Source: Eledone cirrhosa
Lineage: Eukaryota
DNA length: 64,000 bases
Assembly: GCA_964016885.1 (NCBI GenBank)
Contig: OZ024740.1
Location: forward strand, 69,564,001-69,628,000
Direction of reading: 5' to 3'
Shown here: positions 50,178 through 64,000 of the stretch, piece after piece
Layout: the number at the start of each line of letters is the position of its first letter
How positions within the stretch are numbered: position 1 is the stretch's first letter
Notes under the pieces: generated by a model
What the model saw: only the letters and a program-made list of their open reading frames with translations
Told to the model about the DNA's origin: nothing
Database searches by the model: none
Made by a program: the position numbers and the translations under genes

Positions 50178-50226
50178 TTGCTCCGAAGAATCCAAACCTC
50201 GGTTTGGAGGAAACAATTGTAAGCAA
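50178..50226 (+). ncRNA. Minimal HHR, U4-to-C variant (paralog at ~54707-54754)
   Basis: TTGCT-CCGAAGA-ATCCAAAC CTCG GTTTGGAG-GAAA-CAATTG-TA-AGCAA. Confidence 0.75.
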
Positions 50227-50434
50227 ATAAATGACTTAAACTGAACTTTGATTATTGTAATCTCTTTATAACTGCTCTGTAAAACAACTGATGTTATTAC
50301 ATTGAGCTATTTATCTTACTGGTAATAGTATAGTAATTAATGACTATCTTTCACTATTTAGGGTCTGTGTATATATAATATATTACCATTAAAGGTTTTA
50401 TTGCATACATAACCATAAATAGTACCCTTAATAC

Positions 50435-50586
<152 letters not shown>

Positions 50587-50632
50587 TACGTATGTATGTA
50601 TGTATGAATATATGAATATATATACATATATT

Positions 50633-50933
50633 GTATTAGTACTGGTGCTCTGAAATAACGATGTATACATGAATGTATGTATAGTATATTTGGCAATATA
50701 CCGTATGCTTAATTAAAAACATTTAGAAGACCATTGGGTATCAGTTTTAAATTAGTGACTATGACACTTACTTATTTTCCGCAAATTCTGGGAGAGAGGC
50801 TGACAGCTGACTACTTTAAAACTGATAGCGTATGGTCTTCAAAATGTTTTTACTTAAGCATACGATATATTGTCAAATATACTATACATACATTCATGTA
50901 TACATCGCTATTTCTGAGCATCCATACTAATAC
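50633..50933. repeat. Fold-back/MITE-like element with ~125-bp imperfect inverted arms
   Basis: 50633-50757 versus 50811-50933. Confidence 0.65.
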
Positions 50934-52138
50934 CTAATTTTTGCTGGACCGGCAATCGGTCTGTGTAATCAGCTCCTGATTATTACTGGAATTCTATAAG
51001 AATCCAGCTTCTATAATTTTTGGCAAAGGCAGGTGAGTGCGTGGCTTTGATAAACTCAAACAGCAACAAAACACCTGTCAGCCTCTCTCCCAGCCTTTGC
51101 CGTAATAAGTGGTAGCAGCAAAACTTTAATTTCTGAAAATTACCCATTGCTAAGGGCCACCCTAATATGTATATAAATGTAAGGAAACTCAGAAACCCTT
51201 CCTATTTAGCAGGAAATATTTCTCTGATCATATTCTAATCAACAAAAGCAGGGGGTGTGCAAAATTGCAGCTCAATCGGACAACTGTTGTGCGACCCTCA
51301 AACGCTTTGATGTTGGAACGTAGCATACGCAACGATTAATTCTGTTCAAAAACGATATACTGTTCCCTACCTCGACCATTTTCTTTCTTCTTCTCGGAGA
51401 AACTTATGTGGACACATCCAGGCAACCCCAATGTTTTAAAATGTTCCGAATCAAATTTACCAATTTGAAAAATTCCTGAAATAACATGAAAAACTTAAGA
51501 AATATTAGGTACACAATTTCTATAAGAGAAACGCATTTTTATTTACAACAATAATTTCTATAGAATAAAAAACATAATGTGAACAATGAAAACTGAATAT
51601 TGAACATCATTTTTGCATAAAAGAGTATTTAGTGGCAGTCTGGTATGTTTTACGGTTTTCGGTAACGATCTGTAAAACAAATTGTTTCTCAGTTTCATCT
51701 TTTGTGAGAATGTTATTGTAATCCTGAATGAGTTTGACACCTCTTTCTGCAACATCATTCACAACAACTGTCTCCTCAAGTTTTTCAAGTTCACTTTTGT
51801 AACCAGGATCATCCTATCATGTTGAAGGGTCTTTGTCGAGGAAATCGGTTTGTGATAGAAAATCACGTGAAGCAAGTTTTTGTACCAGGAGTTACAAATG
51901 CTCTCCTTTACCCATTGCCCTCCTTCCTCTTCTTCTATCCTTGCTCTCCTTTTCTCATTGCTTTCCTTGCTCTCCTTTTATCCTTGCTCTCCATGATATC
52001 ATTTTTCTCATTGTTCTCCTTGCTCTCCCTTTCTCCTTGTATCTATGTACGTGTTTATATACAAATAGAATGAGAGAAGGGGAGCAAGGAGAAATATGAA
52101 AGCAAGGATTGTAAGGGGAGTATACATATATATATATA

Positions 52139-53123
<985 letters not shown>

Positions 53124-53189
53124 TAAGGGTGGCCCTTATTTTTCAACTTTCTAAATGTTTAGCGCACCCACCGCTATCTTGTTATTATA

Positions 53190-54897
53190 AAAAATAAAAA
53201 ATAAAAAATCAGAAGCGTTTGCGTCGTGCCAGCACCGCTTCCGGCACTCCTTCCAAAACTTTAAACCCAATATATAACAATGTCAGACTTGAACCATCAC
53301 CGCTTCTAACGCCACACCTCAAGGACATACCTTACACCACTACACCACACTCTCTGATCCACGCTTCCCTCGACACAAATCATTCTAGCTATCTATAACT
53401 TTATACCCTAGAAATATCCCCATAAACACCAACTTGTAATATAATTACTTTCAATTACTTATAATTATATAAGGATAGAAATATAATACAGTCTATATAA
53501 ACTTTAAATACTAGATACGACAGTGAATTATATATGCAATTGTAATGAAATGTATGGAGTAATAACATTAGATATATATAGGATTAATTTATTAACATAA
53601 GGGATCTGTCTAACTTATATGTAGGCCGGTGCAATGAATTATATATGAATTATATATGCTTGTATAACTTGATGGATAGATTAATGACATTGTAAATGAG
53701 GGATGTATTTGTCTACCCAAGAGATGTATTTGATTTTGTCATGCACACAGCCATACGCTGCTCCATAACTTACCAGGAGTTATCTAGACAAAATTCTAAT
53801 AGGTCCTCTGATATGTGTTGAGAGTAGACTGTATTTACAGTGAACTTTGATATAAAGATATGGCACTTTGTATGGAAAATTCAATTATAGCACTATATAA
53901 TAAAGAGTAATCAACTTCCTATACTTACCTTTAATACATTATGATAGAGTAGACTGTATTTAAAATTGAAAATTAGATATAAATATATAACCTTTTATAT
54001 AAGGGACTCAATTGAGGCACCATATAATGTATGTTAGAACAATGAATTTAGTTATGAGAATCAGCTAGTTACCTGCCCTTAATTACACACCTACTTCCGG
54101 GTAATAAACCACTGTAAATTCTCGCAGCAGAAAGAAACTATTCTATAAATATGGATTAAATAACACTGAGCCTCAATACGCTACAATAATTTAATGCATC
54201 AAACATCCAATACGGAATCATCGTAACTTATGTGATGGATGTAAACACTATATCTTCCTTTTTCTGAATGTGAAAATGGTGGTGGATGCGAAAACTATAA
54301 CTTTCTTTTTCTTTTTCTTTTTCTTTTTCTTTTTCTGCACACATACTTTTTTGATCTATACAAAAAATACCCTACCACTACAACCATCATAATACTCATG
54401 CTTACATTACATGTAACACCTTGCCACACAATAATCGTATATAAATGAGACACACTTGCATGCTCTATGTGTGACTAACGCATACACTATCTACTAGATC
54501 TGATTATCAAACTATCCCCTTTCATTATCTGTGTTATCTGCCGCATGCATTTTAATTTTAATTTTAATTTTGATTTTAAATTTGAATTGCTGTACAAATA
54601 TAGTATAGTATAATATATGTCACTCCACTGTACATCAATATATATATATGTATCTGTATGTCTCCTGCGTTGGATAGGAAGTCAATTATATGTACAAACA
54701 TTAAAAAATGCTCCGAAGAATCCAAGCCTAGGTTTGGATGAAACAATTGTAAGTGGATAAATGCTTTGTGAATTGTATAATATATATATATGTGTGATAA
54801 CAAAATATCGTTTTAGGTAATCCAGTTAGAAGTTGTGGGTACTCTGTGCTGTGGATAGCTTTAACGTACGGCGTTTTTATTCTTCACTCTTTGACTA
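53190..54897 (+). mobile_element. 3' fragment of a PLE related to 46326-50435
   Basis: KKSEAFASCQHRFRHSFQNFK is homologous to 48181-48243; patchy UTR similarity; HHR at ~54707. Confidence 0.8.
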
Positions 54898-54937
<40 letters not shown>

Positions 54938-56446
54938 AATAAGTTGACGGAACTAGCATGGGTTTCACTGCCAGGACCGGTTGCATCTCAGCGTACCCAA
55001 TAGTTAATGTTAAATAAACTCCCAGAGTAGACACATATTTGTTCGCTTCAATACAACGCACGTAAATGTGTTCCTTCAATTATTACACGTACTCTAGTTT
55101 CGGCCACACTTAATGCAGCAATAGAGTGCACAGCACCGACTCTCTGCATTTATTATGCAACAATGCACAATCGGCACATGTGGCTTCATCACCGAGTTTC
55201 GCCTAATCAATAACCAATCGATCGACAGAATTCGATTCCCGTCCGTGTCGGCTATGACTGTATGTGCATTACAATGCCGTCCACCGATCGGCTACCTATT
55301 CATAAAGTTACATGATGGCAGGAAATGAAATTCAAATAGTTCCGCTCCCGCCATAAGCACACAGCCAACGTATCTCAAACACAAATTGACAAGTGAGTGA
55401 AAAATTGGTTACTAGAAAAATTCATTCTCCAATCGCTGTAAAATGGTAGCATTCTGCTCTAGTCTCCAAGTCCCATGGCGAGAAATATTGCGACAGTAAC
55501 AATGGTAGTGCCTAAAACCGGCGATTGGACAGCGATATAATGTTAGCGCGCTGTTTGAATTCTAGATATTTCGACTAGCCACGTGTGTTAACCGGTCAAT
55601 TTCACAACTTGTACGATTTAATTGGGGAGTGATATATGGGCCTTCCAATTTCATTTTACATTATATACATGTCTGTGTATATTTTAATTATTTAAACATT
55701 ATTTTTAAGTGACATGATTTTTTAGAAATATTCTTAAGGGAACATGACCCAAATGGTTATGGGTGGTGTAGTATATAATAGGCGGCGAATTAACAGAGTC
55801 ATTTGAACGTCGAATAGAATACTTTGCAGTATTCATTTCGGCTCTCTGCTCTCTGAGTTCAAATCCCGCCGAGATCAACTCTGTCTTTCATCCATTCGGA
55901 TAAAAAAGTACCAGTGAAACACTGGAGTCGACTCTTCCTTTATATCTCTTTCTCACTTCATTTCTCTCACTCTATCTATATCCTTCCCTGTATGTCAATA
56001 TCGCACCCCTACAACCTCTCATGAGTTACGGGTCCATACCATACCTTATATAATACTATTTTGTCTGCTAAAACATCTACATAAGTCATTAATTTATATT
56101 TTCCTTGTTGTCTCAGATACAATGATAATGATTTTATATAAACTGCGGAGCTTTTCGATATTTAGTCATTTTTTTACAAATATATATGTACAACAGATTG
56201 TGCGTATAAACGGTCTCTTTCAGTGGTGGCATTTATCTAGTTTAAATGGTTAGATTTAGTACTTTCAGTCGTTGTATTATCTACAGTTTTCATGGCTGAT
56301 ATTTTGTAGCGGCCAATAAAGAAATTATTATTTGTTTAAGAAATGCAAACCATTGTACATTATGCTACACAAACGCGTGTGTGTATATATATATATGTTT
56401 GTGTATGCGTGTGTGTGTTTGCATATATATATATATATATATAAAT

Positions 56447-56689
<243 letters not shown>

Positions 56690-59561
56690 TGTTTATATGT
56701 ATATATAAACATTTCGAGAATATGTTTGTTTATTTAGATCTATATAATCTCCACATTATACTAACGTAAGTGTATGTGATAACATCTTAGTATAGGTTAT
56801 TTAAAAAGGAAAAATAATACGATATCCATTGATATTTTTATTCGAACAACGTAACTGCTTCCCAAACTCCTAAACTTTCAGATAATGTATACATCTGTAA
56901 TGACCATGGCTTTTCCCTCATTTTGTGTACTAGCTATAACGTTATATCGATATAGATCTAAATATATTTAGATGTACCTCGTAACTAAATATAAATAATC
57001 ACCGCACATACGTATAAAAAGTAAATTGAAATATTGTGGAATAAATATCCACACACTTATGCTTCTATGTATATTGCGTGGATGGAACATGGGTAAAAAA
57101 TAAAGTTTTGATGAGAAAGATAATAGTCAAGATGTGAGGAAGTAGAGGAAGACGAATGTTGCGGGGTGGTGTAACAGTGATAAGAGACAGAATATATCCT
57201 ATTTAGTTTTGTTAGTTTTGTTGTTAGGGCGAAGTAGTAAGAGTAAGGGAAGGCCATTTATTTACAGAAGTTTACTGGCATAATCAAACGCGAAAATATA
57301 ATATATTGAAAAGTACAGTTATGTTTGAGAAAGCGAAGATTATAGATTATTTGTTAAACTAATATATTCCAATCGTCAGTTATGTAACTCATGCGCTTTA
57401 GTGCAATTTACTATTGTCTCGTAAATCGAAGCCTTTACAAAAAACACAGTTTCCAGTTAGATTTGCTTATTCAATGACAATTAATAAGCTCAGAGTGAAA
57501 CATTTGATACGACAGAGTTACTAACCACCACAATAATTTAGTCATGAACAGGTATAGGCTAAATTCTCTAGTGTTGGGAAACAATTGGTATGATAATTAA
57601 TGGTCTACTGATCCAAGTAATACAATGACGAAACAACTAATATGTCGGAGTAATTATTCTCTTAAGTTTCATTAACAGTGAGATTACCAAGGGATCAACT
57701 AGTAGAGAGGAAGAGATCTGAAATTGAACGAAAGCACTTAATGTGGATTTTCGTATATAATCTTAAATTTCATAACTTTATTCTCACAATTTGCAATTAT
57801 TATGTGAAGCTCTTCTGAGAGAAATACGGGATACTCTGTAAATAAAAATCAATGACGAATATCCCGTACAATCGTCGTATTGTATCACTTGAAACAAACT
57901 GGCCAAGTGAATAGAGAATTGGGTTACTCTAATGCCTATACGTGGGAAACTGCTAAAAGAATTTAATCCTTTTATTAGTCTTTATTTTATTTTATTTATT
58001 TTAGTTTATTTTATTTTGTTGTAGTGTCTTGATCAAAGTAGTTAGTGTGTTGGACAAAGTACTTCTATTATATTTGTTGAGAGGTGATTTATTGCCGAAT
58101 TTGAGAAAGTGTCAGAGGAGATATCTTGCAGTATTTCTTCCAGCTCTTCTAGCTTTGATTGGAAATCCGACTAACGTCAACATTGTCTCTGATCCTGTTG
58201 ATTTTGATAAAGTAAATTCCAGTCCAGGGGGTGTATTGATAAATTAGATCGAAAGCTGCACAATGTATCTAGCGGCATCTGTTACAACTCTCTAAGTTAA
58301 ATCACGTTGTGGACAACTTCTCCTTTCAGCTTTTCATTGTCGATAGAATAACGTACTGGTTTGTGGAGATGGTGTAGCATAATTGTACTTTGGTTATCCT
58401 GTAGGGGGGGGGCGTATTCACGCGTCCTGTTTAAAACCACCCTCTGTTTCGTGGAAGCCTATACCAGAGTTAATTTGGTTGCAAGCATTCCAAACGGAGT
58501 AGGTGAGACAAGTACCTCCTCCAATACTGGACTGGTACATTTATTTATTCGCTCTGAAAGCATGAAAGGCAAAGTTGGTTTGAGCGAGAATTGAACATTG
58601 AACGCAGAGATAGAATGGATATCCGCCCCTAACGACTCTCTCAATATACAGCGCGTATTACCAATCCGTGATAAAAGGTTCCCTTGAAACTTTGTCAAAC
58701 ACAATAGTTACCTACAATTTGTTATTGTAGGTAATTACCGTTCATTTTTTTAGGCCAGAGAGGTTACTTTAAGAATAATATTAATTCCTTTTGGCAAGTT
58801 GTTCTACCTCCTCGAGTTGACTCAATTTCATCGACGAGCGATAAGCCAATTTTATTAGAGAATAGTTTCTCTTCTATCCTTTTGCTTGTACCTGTGCGGT
58901 TTCGCTGAAGGAAAGATAAATCATCGTGGTAAGATGGAAGACTTGACTTGGCACCTTACCAGTGTTTCTTTGTTTCATCAACCTACCCGTTGTTTTCTAG
59001 GTTGACAGCCCCCATCAACCAAACCACCGGTGGTAAAAATAGAGCATTAGAATTGATGAATTTAAGTGAAAAACAGGTTAGTTATACCATTTAGGCACCA
59101 CATTAGACAACAATTCTGACATGGTTCACCCCCAAACCAAAATGTACCTGGCTAACACGAATCTGGTGAAAGACTGACAAGGTTAGCAAAACTGTAATAG
59201 ATTTTATGTGGCTCAAAAACATCACAGCAATCATATTTATATATATGTATATGTATAGATCAAATCTTACGATTTATCGAGGTCACATATTTTCTGGTCA
59301 TAAGTATTTTCATCGATTTTCTAACGCTATTGTCATGACATTCTCTTTCTCAATGTAATGACGTAAGTACGACAGAATACAAATCTGTTCTCGGACTGAG
59401 AATCGTTTGTAAAGTGTCAGTTTATTGTCATTTTAAATGCTATTCTACAGCATTGACATTTGATTGATAGAGATGCAAATACACACAAACACACACACAT
59501 ACACACACACACACACACATACGCACACACACAAATTTATATATATATATATATATATATA

Positions 59562-60082
59562 TTGATATTTATTAAAATAACAGATTAAAGTTTAAGCAAA
59601 GAATCGCTTCTTTCACCCTTAACAGGATCTTCTGAAACTAACAAAGTCAATCTGTAAACGCAGAAGTGGATATTTCAAAAAATGTTGCAACCGGGGGAGA
59701 ACAGGAAGACGATACTTTGGTTCGTAGAAACGTTCGCTGGCTAAGAACGGGAAAAAACGAATATAATACGTCAATAATAGGAGCGGTGAAAAACAATTAC
59801 GCGCAAAGACAGAACCACGTTTATGGTATAATAGAGGTCGTAGACTAATGTTCTCTTAGGTGGTGCATAGAGACGTTCTCTGGCGAAGAACGAAAAAAAC
59901 GAAGATAATACGTCATATGTGGAGCGTGGAGAACAATAGCACGCAAAGACAAAACCACGTAAATGGTATAGCAGAAGTCGTAGACTAAATTCTCTACGGT
60001 TCTTATATATTTGATATATATTTAGCCTTATCGAGCCCTCTTTGGATTTTAGTGTTCCAATTTATTATTATTACTATATATA
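59562..60082. mobile_element. Inverted pLTR plus tail of the 38157-40735 PLE family
   Basis: 59562-59990 is the reverse complement of 40225-40645; 59991-60082 matches 40650-40735. Confidence 0.88.
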
Positions 60083-60183
60083 TTGATAGATAGATAGTAA
60101 TTCCTATCTTGATTAATTAAACCATAATCTCCATGCCCGCATTTATTAGGTTTGTAGAAGGAAATGCAATGCACACACACACA

Positions 60184-60220
<37 letters not shown>

Positions 60221-60227
60221 ATGTATG

Positions 60228-60290
<63 letters not shown>

Positions 60291-60333
60291 TCATACAAAT
60301 ATATAGAGATTAAATGCCATACAAAGGTAATAA

Positions 60334-60378
<45 letters not shown>

Positions 60379-61529
60379 GGTGCTTGTGCATTATCTATTC
60401 TTTTGTGTTTATTACATACGGTGTTGACTGTCATGTGGACTTTATATTTCATACATGAATATTTGCAATTATTAACACAATCAGAGATTGTGCAAAGAAC
60501 AATTTGCTTCAACTTTTATTTGAACATATAGAATTTTATTATGCAGTTTGTTGACTGTAATATCCAGAAATTGTTCTAAATCGTAATTAATGTGCCCTTA
60601 ATTGTCATAATGTAACTAATAAAACGTCAATTCCATTCCTCTGACTAGATATATTAAATGGCTAAGTGGTTAGGTAATTCGGTTCAACTGTTGAGCTTAA
60701 TTCTCGAAGGCAATTTGTCCATAAATAAGGCACTATATTTCTGCTGTACCAATTCACTCAGCTGTCAAAATGAGATGTACCTGTATTCCAAAGAGTCAAC
60801 TTTTTCACACACTGTATATGGAATGCGAACTCACTTGCATATCTTCTTCACGAGTAGGTTTTTCCGTTATTCGAAGAACTGGAATGGTCATTGTCGAAAC
60901 TCTCGGATGACCAATTGAAATTTTTCAAAAATGAAACTCACAGCTGACACCTATGCATTTTATTTGGCTTTCTACGAATTTGTTTCTCATAGGTTATTTC
61001 GTGATCGTTCAAATGACAAAGGGTCACTGTCCTATCATGACAAACCTCATGAAAAGAAACGCCGTGCTCAGGAACGCTATATTCTGTCCTGTCCAGAAAT
61101 CGAGACGACTTTACTTTAGAATTTTAGAAATGAAAGAAAAGTATTGTATGGTAAACACAAATCAATCTATACAATATATTTAGTGAAAATAATATGAGAG
61201 CATTCTGTTTATGAAGCATTATGGAAATTACCATTAAGAGTAGAAGAAAATATTCGAGTAGTTCCCATTTCAATTCTAAAGGAAGTATAATATATATATG
61301 AAAATTTTCAGTGAATAATATTAACTTATATAAGAACATATATTAGATATCATTTCTCTCTGCCTCTCTCCACACCACCTTTATTTCTGTTAAGCTTCAG
61401 TGTGGGTGTGAAGTTTGCACACAAGAATAAAGTGTTCTTGATACAGAAGTAGTGTGTAAACATTTATTGCTGTCTTGAGAATACTCTGTTTCTTAACAGA
61501 ATTTATATATATGTGCATGTGTGTTTGTG

Positions 61530-62215
61530 TGTTTCCAATACGCAAAATGGGGCGAATTTTACACCAGCATCTCTATAAGACCAATACACAGTTGTATCAA
61601 ACACACACCGCACAGACACGTAGCCTTCTTCAAGAAAAACATAGATGAGTTCAAGAACATAAATAAAGATGTTACAATTACTATCGAAGCAAATGATAAA
61701 TATACCGACAATCTCAGAATAAAAGAACCAATGATAGTTTCGAACTCCACACCCACTGGAGCTTGATACAGGTTTGTCCACCTCAACCCCTGACAGGGAG
61801 GCAGTAGAATCATTTCTGGCTTCATGGATGAGTTTTTCCTGTCCCAACTTGTGCTCAAACCAACAAAGTACCACAAAGACGTCTTGGACCTAATATTCAG
61901 TAACCACACTAACACTATCCACGATATTGTAGTGGAAAAAGTTCTACTCTAAGTTCAGCAAACTAGCGCATGGGTAGTTTACTGAACTTCGAGTAGAGTG
62001 GGTGAGTCAGTGTGCGTGAAAGACCGATCGACATGTGCAAGATCATGATTGATCGCTTCCCAGTTTACATTATGAAGATCCATGGTGTCAAATGGATGAA
62101 CTGGAGAGATGTCATTGGGTTTGCTTTTTGAACGCTGGACTCTCAGAGTCCACCTGAACTTCGTTCATCCATCTTTGCTGTCATATATATTTCGGTGATA
62201 ACCATTATGCAACAG
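61530..62215. pseudogene. CR1/L2-like LINE APE-endonuclease fragment with internal inversion
   Basis: The + strand reads FMDEFFLSQLVLKPTKYHKDVLDLIFSN; the - strand continues NVNWEAINHDLAHVD at ~62030-62075. Confidence 0.6.
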
Positions 62216-62502
62216 CTATGACTTCGTCAGATAGCTAGAATTTCAACAGAAAAACCATAACGATGGAATAAAGTTTACTTCTGTTATTTCTATTTTTTTT
62301 TATACGCTCAGTGCTGAAGTTTGGTGTTGTTTTCCCAAAGCAAGGGCGGTCAGAAAAGTTTTCAATAATGACCTAGGACAGTGGTTCTCGACCTGGATTG
62401 AACAAAGATAGTAGTACACCTCTGTGAGTTTAAAATACTACTATATACTTATATATATATATATATATATATATATGGGGGGGGGGCGTGTATGTGCCTG
62501 TG

Positions 62503-62540
<38 letters not shown>

Positions 62541-63710
62541 ACATATGTATGAATGTATATTTATTCTCAATCTAATTTTACTCTTATTAATTTCAATCGC
62601 AAGAAACGAAGAGGATTTTAACTTCCTATGAAGGGTAATGCGTACTTTGATATCTTACTGTTAAATACCATTCCGCTGGTTTCTTGCCAAAGAAGAGCTA
62701 TCTCGTAGCTTGTAAAATGCTAGAAACAGCAGCCAGACAAACTTTTCTCCTTCCCATAAAACCGCTCTTTATTAATATTGTGCTACAATGAACAGTTTTC
62801 TATAAAGAAAACAGAGGGTGGCCACGGTCAGAAAATTTTTCATTATTGATTCATTGGTTCAATAATGACCTAGGACAGTGATTCTCAACGTGAGGTACAC
62901 AAAGATAGGATATTATTGTGAGTTTCACGTACTATTAAATACATAATAACCATTCTTCTCTAAGTATACTCATTCCCTTTCTTTTAATTATTACAACAGT
63001 TAGACTGATTCATGACTCTCTGTTTTGAGGCTTTATATGTAAAACATATGCACACACATACAGGCTCCTATATTACACCACCACACAATACATCCACTCT
63101 CTCACACACACATACACATATGTGGGTGTTTGTTTATGTCTTTTTGTTTTAGTTTTAGTATGTGTGTGTTATATTGAAACCACAACTGTGATTCAGTTGA
63201 TAATAATATTTCAAATAATTCAGAATCAAAATAATCACTACAGAGGCGTTTTCGTCACTTAACACTGATCGTAAAGTTTCATGGGGTGATGGAATATCAT
63301 AGGCGCCTGATATAAACTTTCTCGGCTGTTTAAGCATGGAAATTATCATTGTTTCACACAATCTGTACAGGAGTATTAAAGTTTAGTTTGTGTTCTGATT
63401 TTAAAAGAGACTCTTGAATTTTTTGCCTTTTTTAGTGTAATTCTGTATGGAAATGTACTGTCATCTAATGTACTATATGGACATGAGATGCAAGGTTAAC
63501 AGGCAGGGAAGTACCATGGTTGTAAGATTGATGTAAAATACAGTGTATAGGAAAATATTACATAAGACTAGACTAGAGAATAAACAACAATTCAATGTAG
63601 AAATCGCACAAAACCGGCAAACAACTATGGAAGCTATAATAATACATACAGAATATATACACACTGCATAAACAGTATATTCATAGCCAGGCTCACACAC
63701 ACGTGCACAA

Positions 63711-63779
<69 letters not shown>

Positions 63780-64000
63780 TGCACGTGTGTGTGTGTGTAT
63801 GTGTATTTATACCGAAACAAAGCAGTGTACTAATGCAAATACACAGTCTGACATACTGATGAATATATATACTGACAAATTCTTCAATTGATTTCGTGAC
63901 GAAAATTTCATAGATATATTTCTACTTTAAAATTTTGATTTCTATTCAGTGTGGAGATATTAAAGTGGAAGTTAATGATAGTGCGGCAGGACGTGAGTCT

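Overview
AT-rich, microsatellite-saturated animal (non-prokaryotic) DNA. The SINE and (TA)n/(CA)n content suggests a cephalopod such as Octopus, but that is inference. I found no host protein-coding gene I could support. The window is a nested cluster of Penelope-like retroelements (PLEs) inserted into (TA)n tracts. It holds one Naiad-like RT/GIY-YIG ORF (open frame, but missing the middle of the RT), five degraded Hydra-clade-like (YRDD) PLEs and many fold-back pLTR remnants. Nearly every pLTR carries a type I hammerhead ribozyme (HHR). These fall into about a dozen distinct sequence families, including U3-A8 core-covariant forms and forms with an unusually long (~85-110 nt) stem II. The centrepiece is an 8.8-kb array of 19 near-identical ~466-bp non-coding monomers (13965-22755), each carrying a minimal HHR. 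The array is arranged as a 4-copy inverted block plus a 15-copy block with both 3' ends in (TA)n, which fits a retrozyme-like concatemer mobilised in trans by PLE machinery. Also present: tRNA-derived SINEs, RTE- and CR1-like LINE fragments, a Helitron-like tandem array and MITE-like TIR elements. All RNA structures were folded by eye, and coordinates of degraded repeats are approximate.
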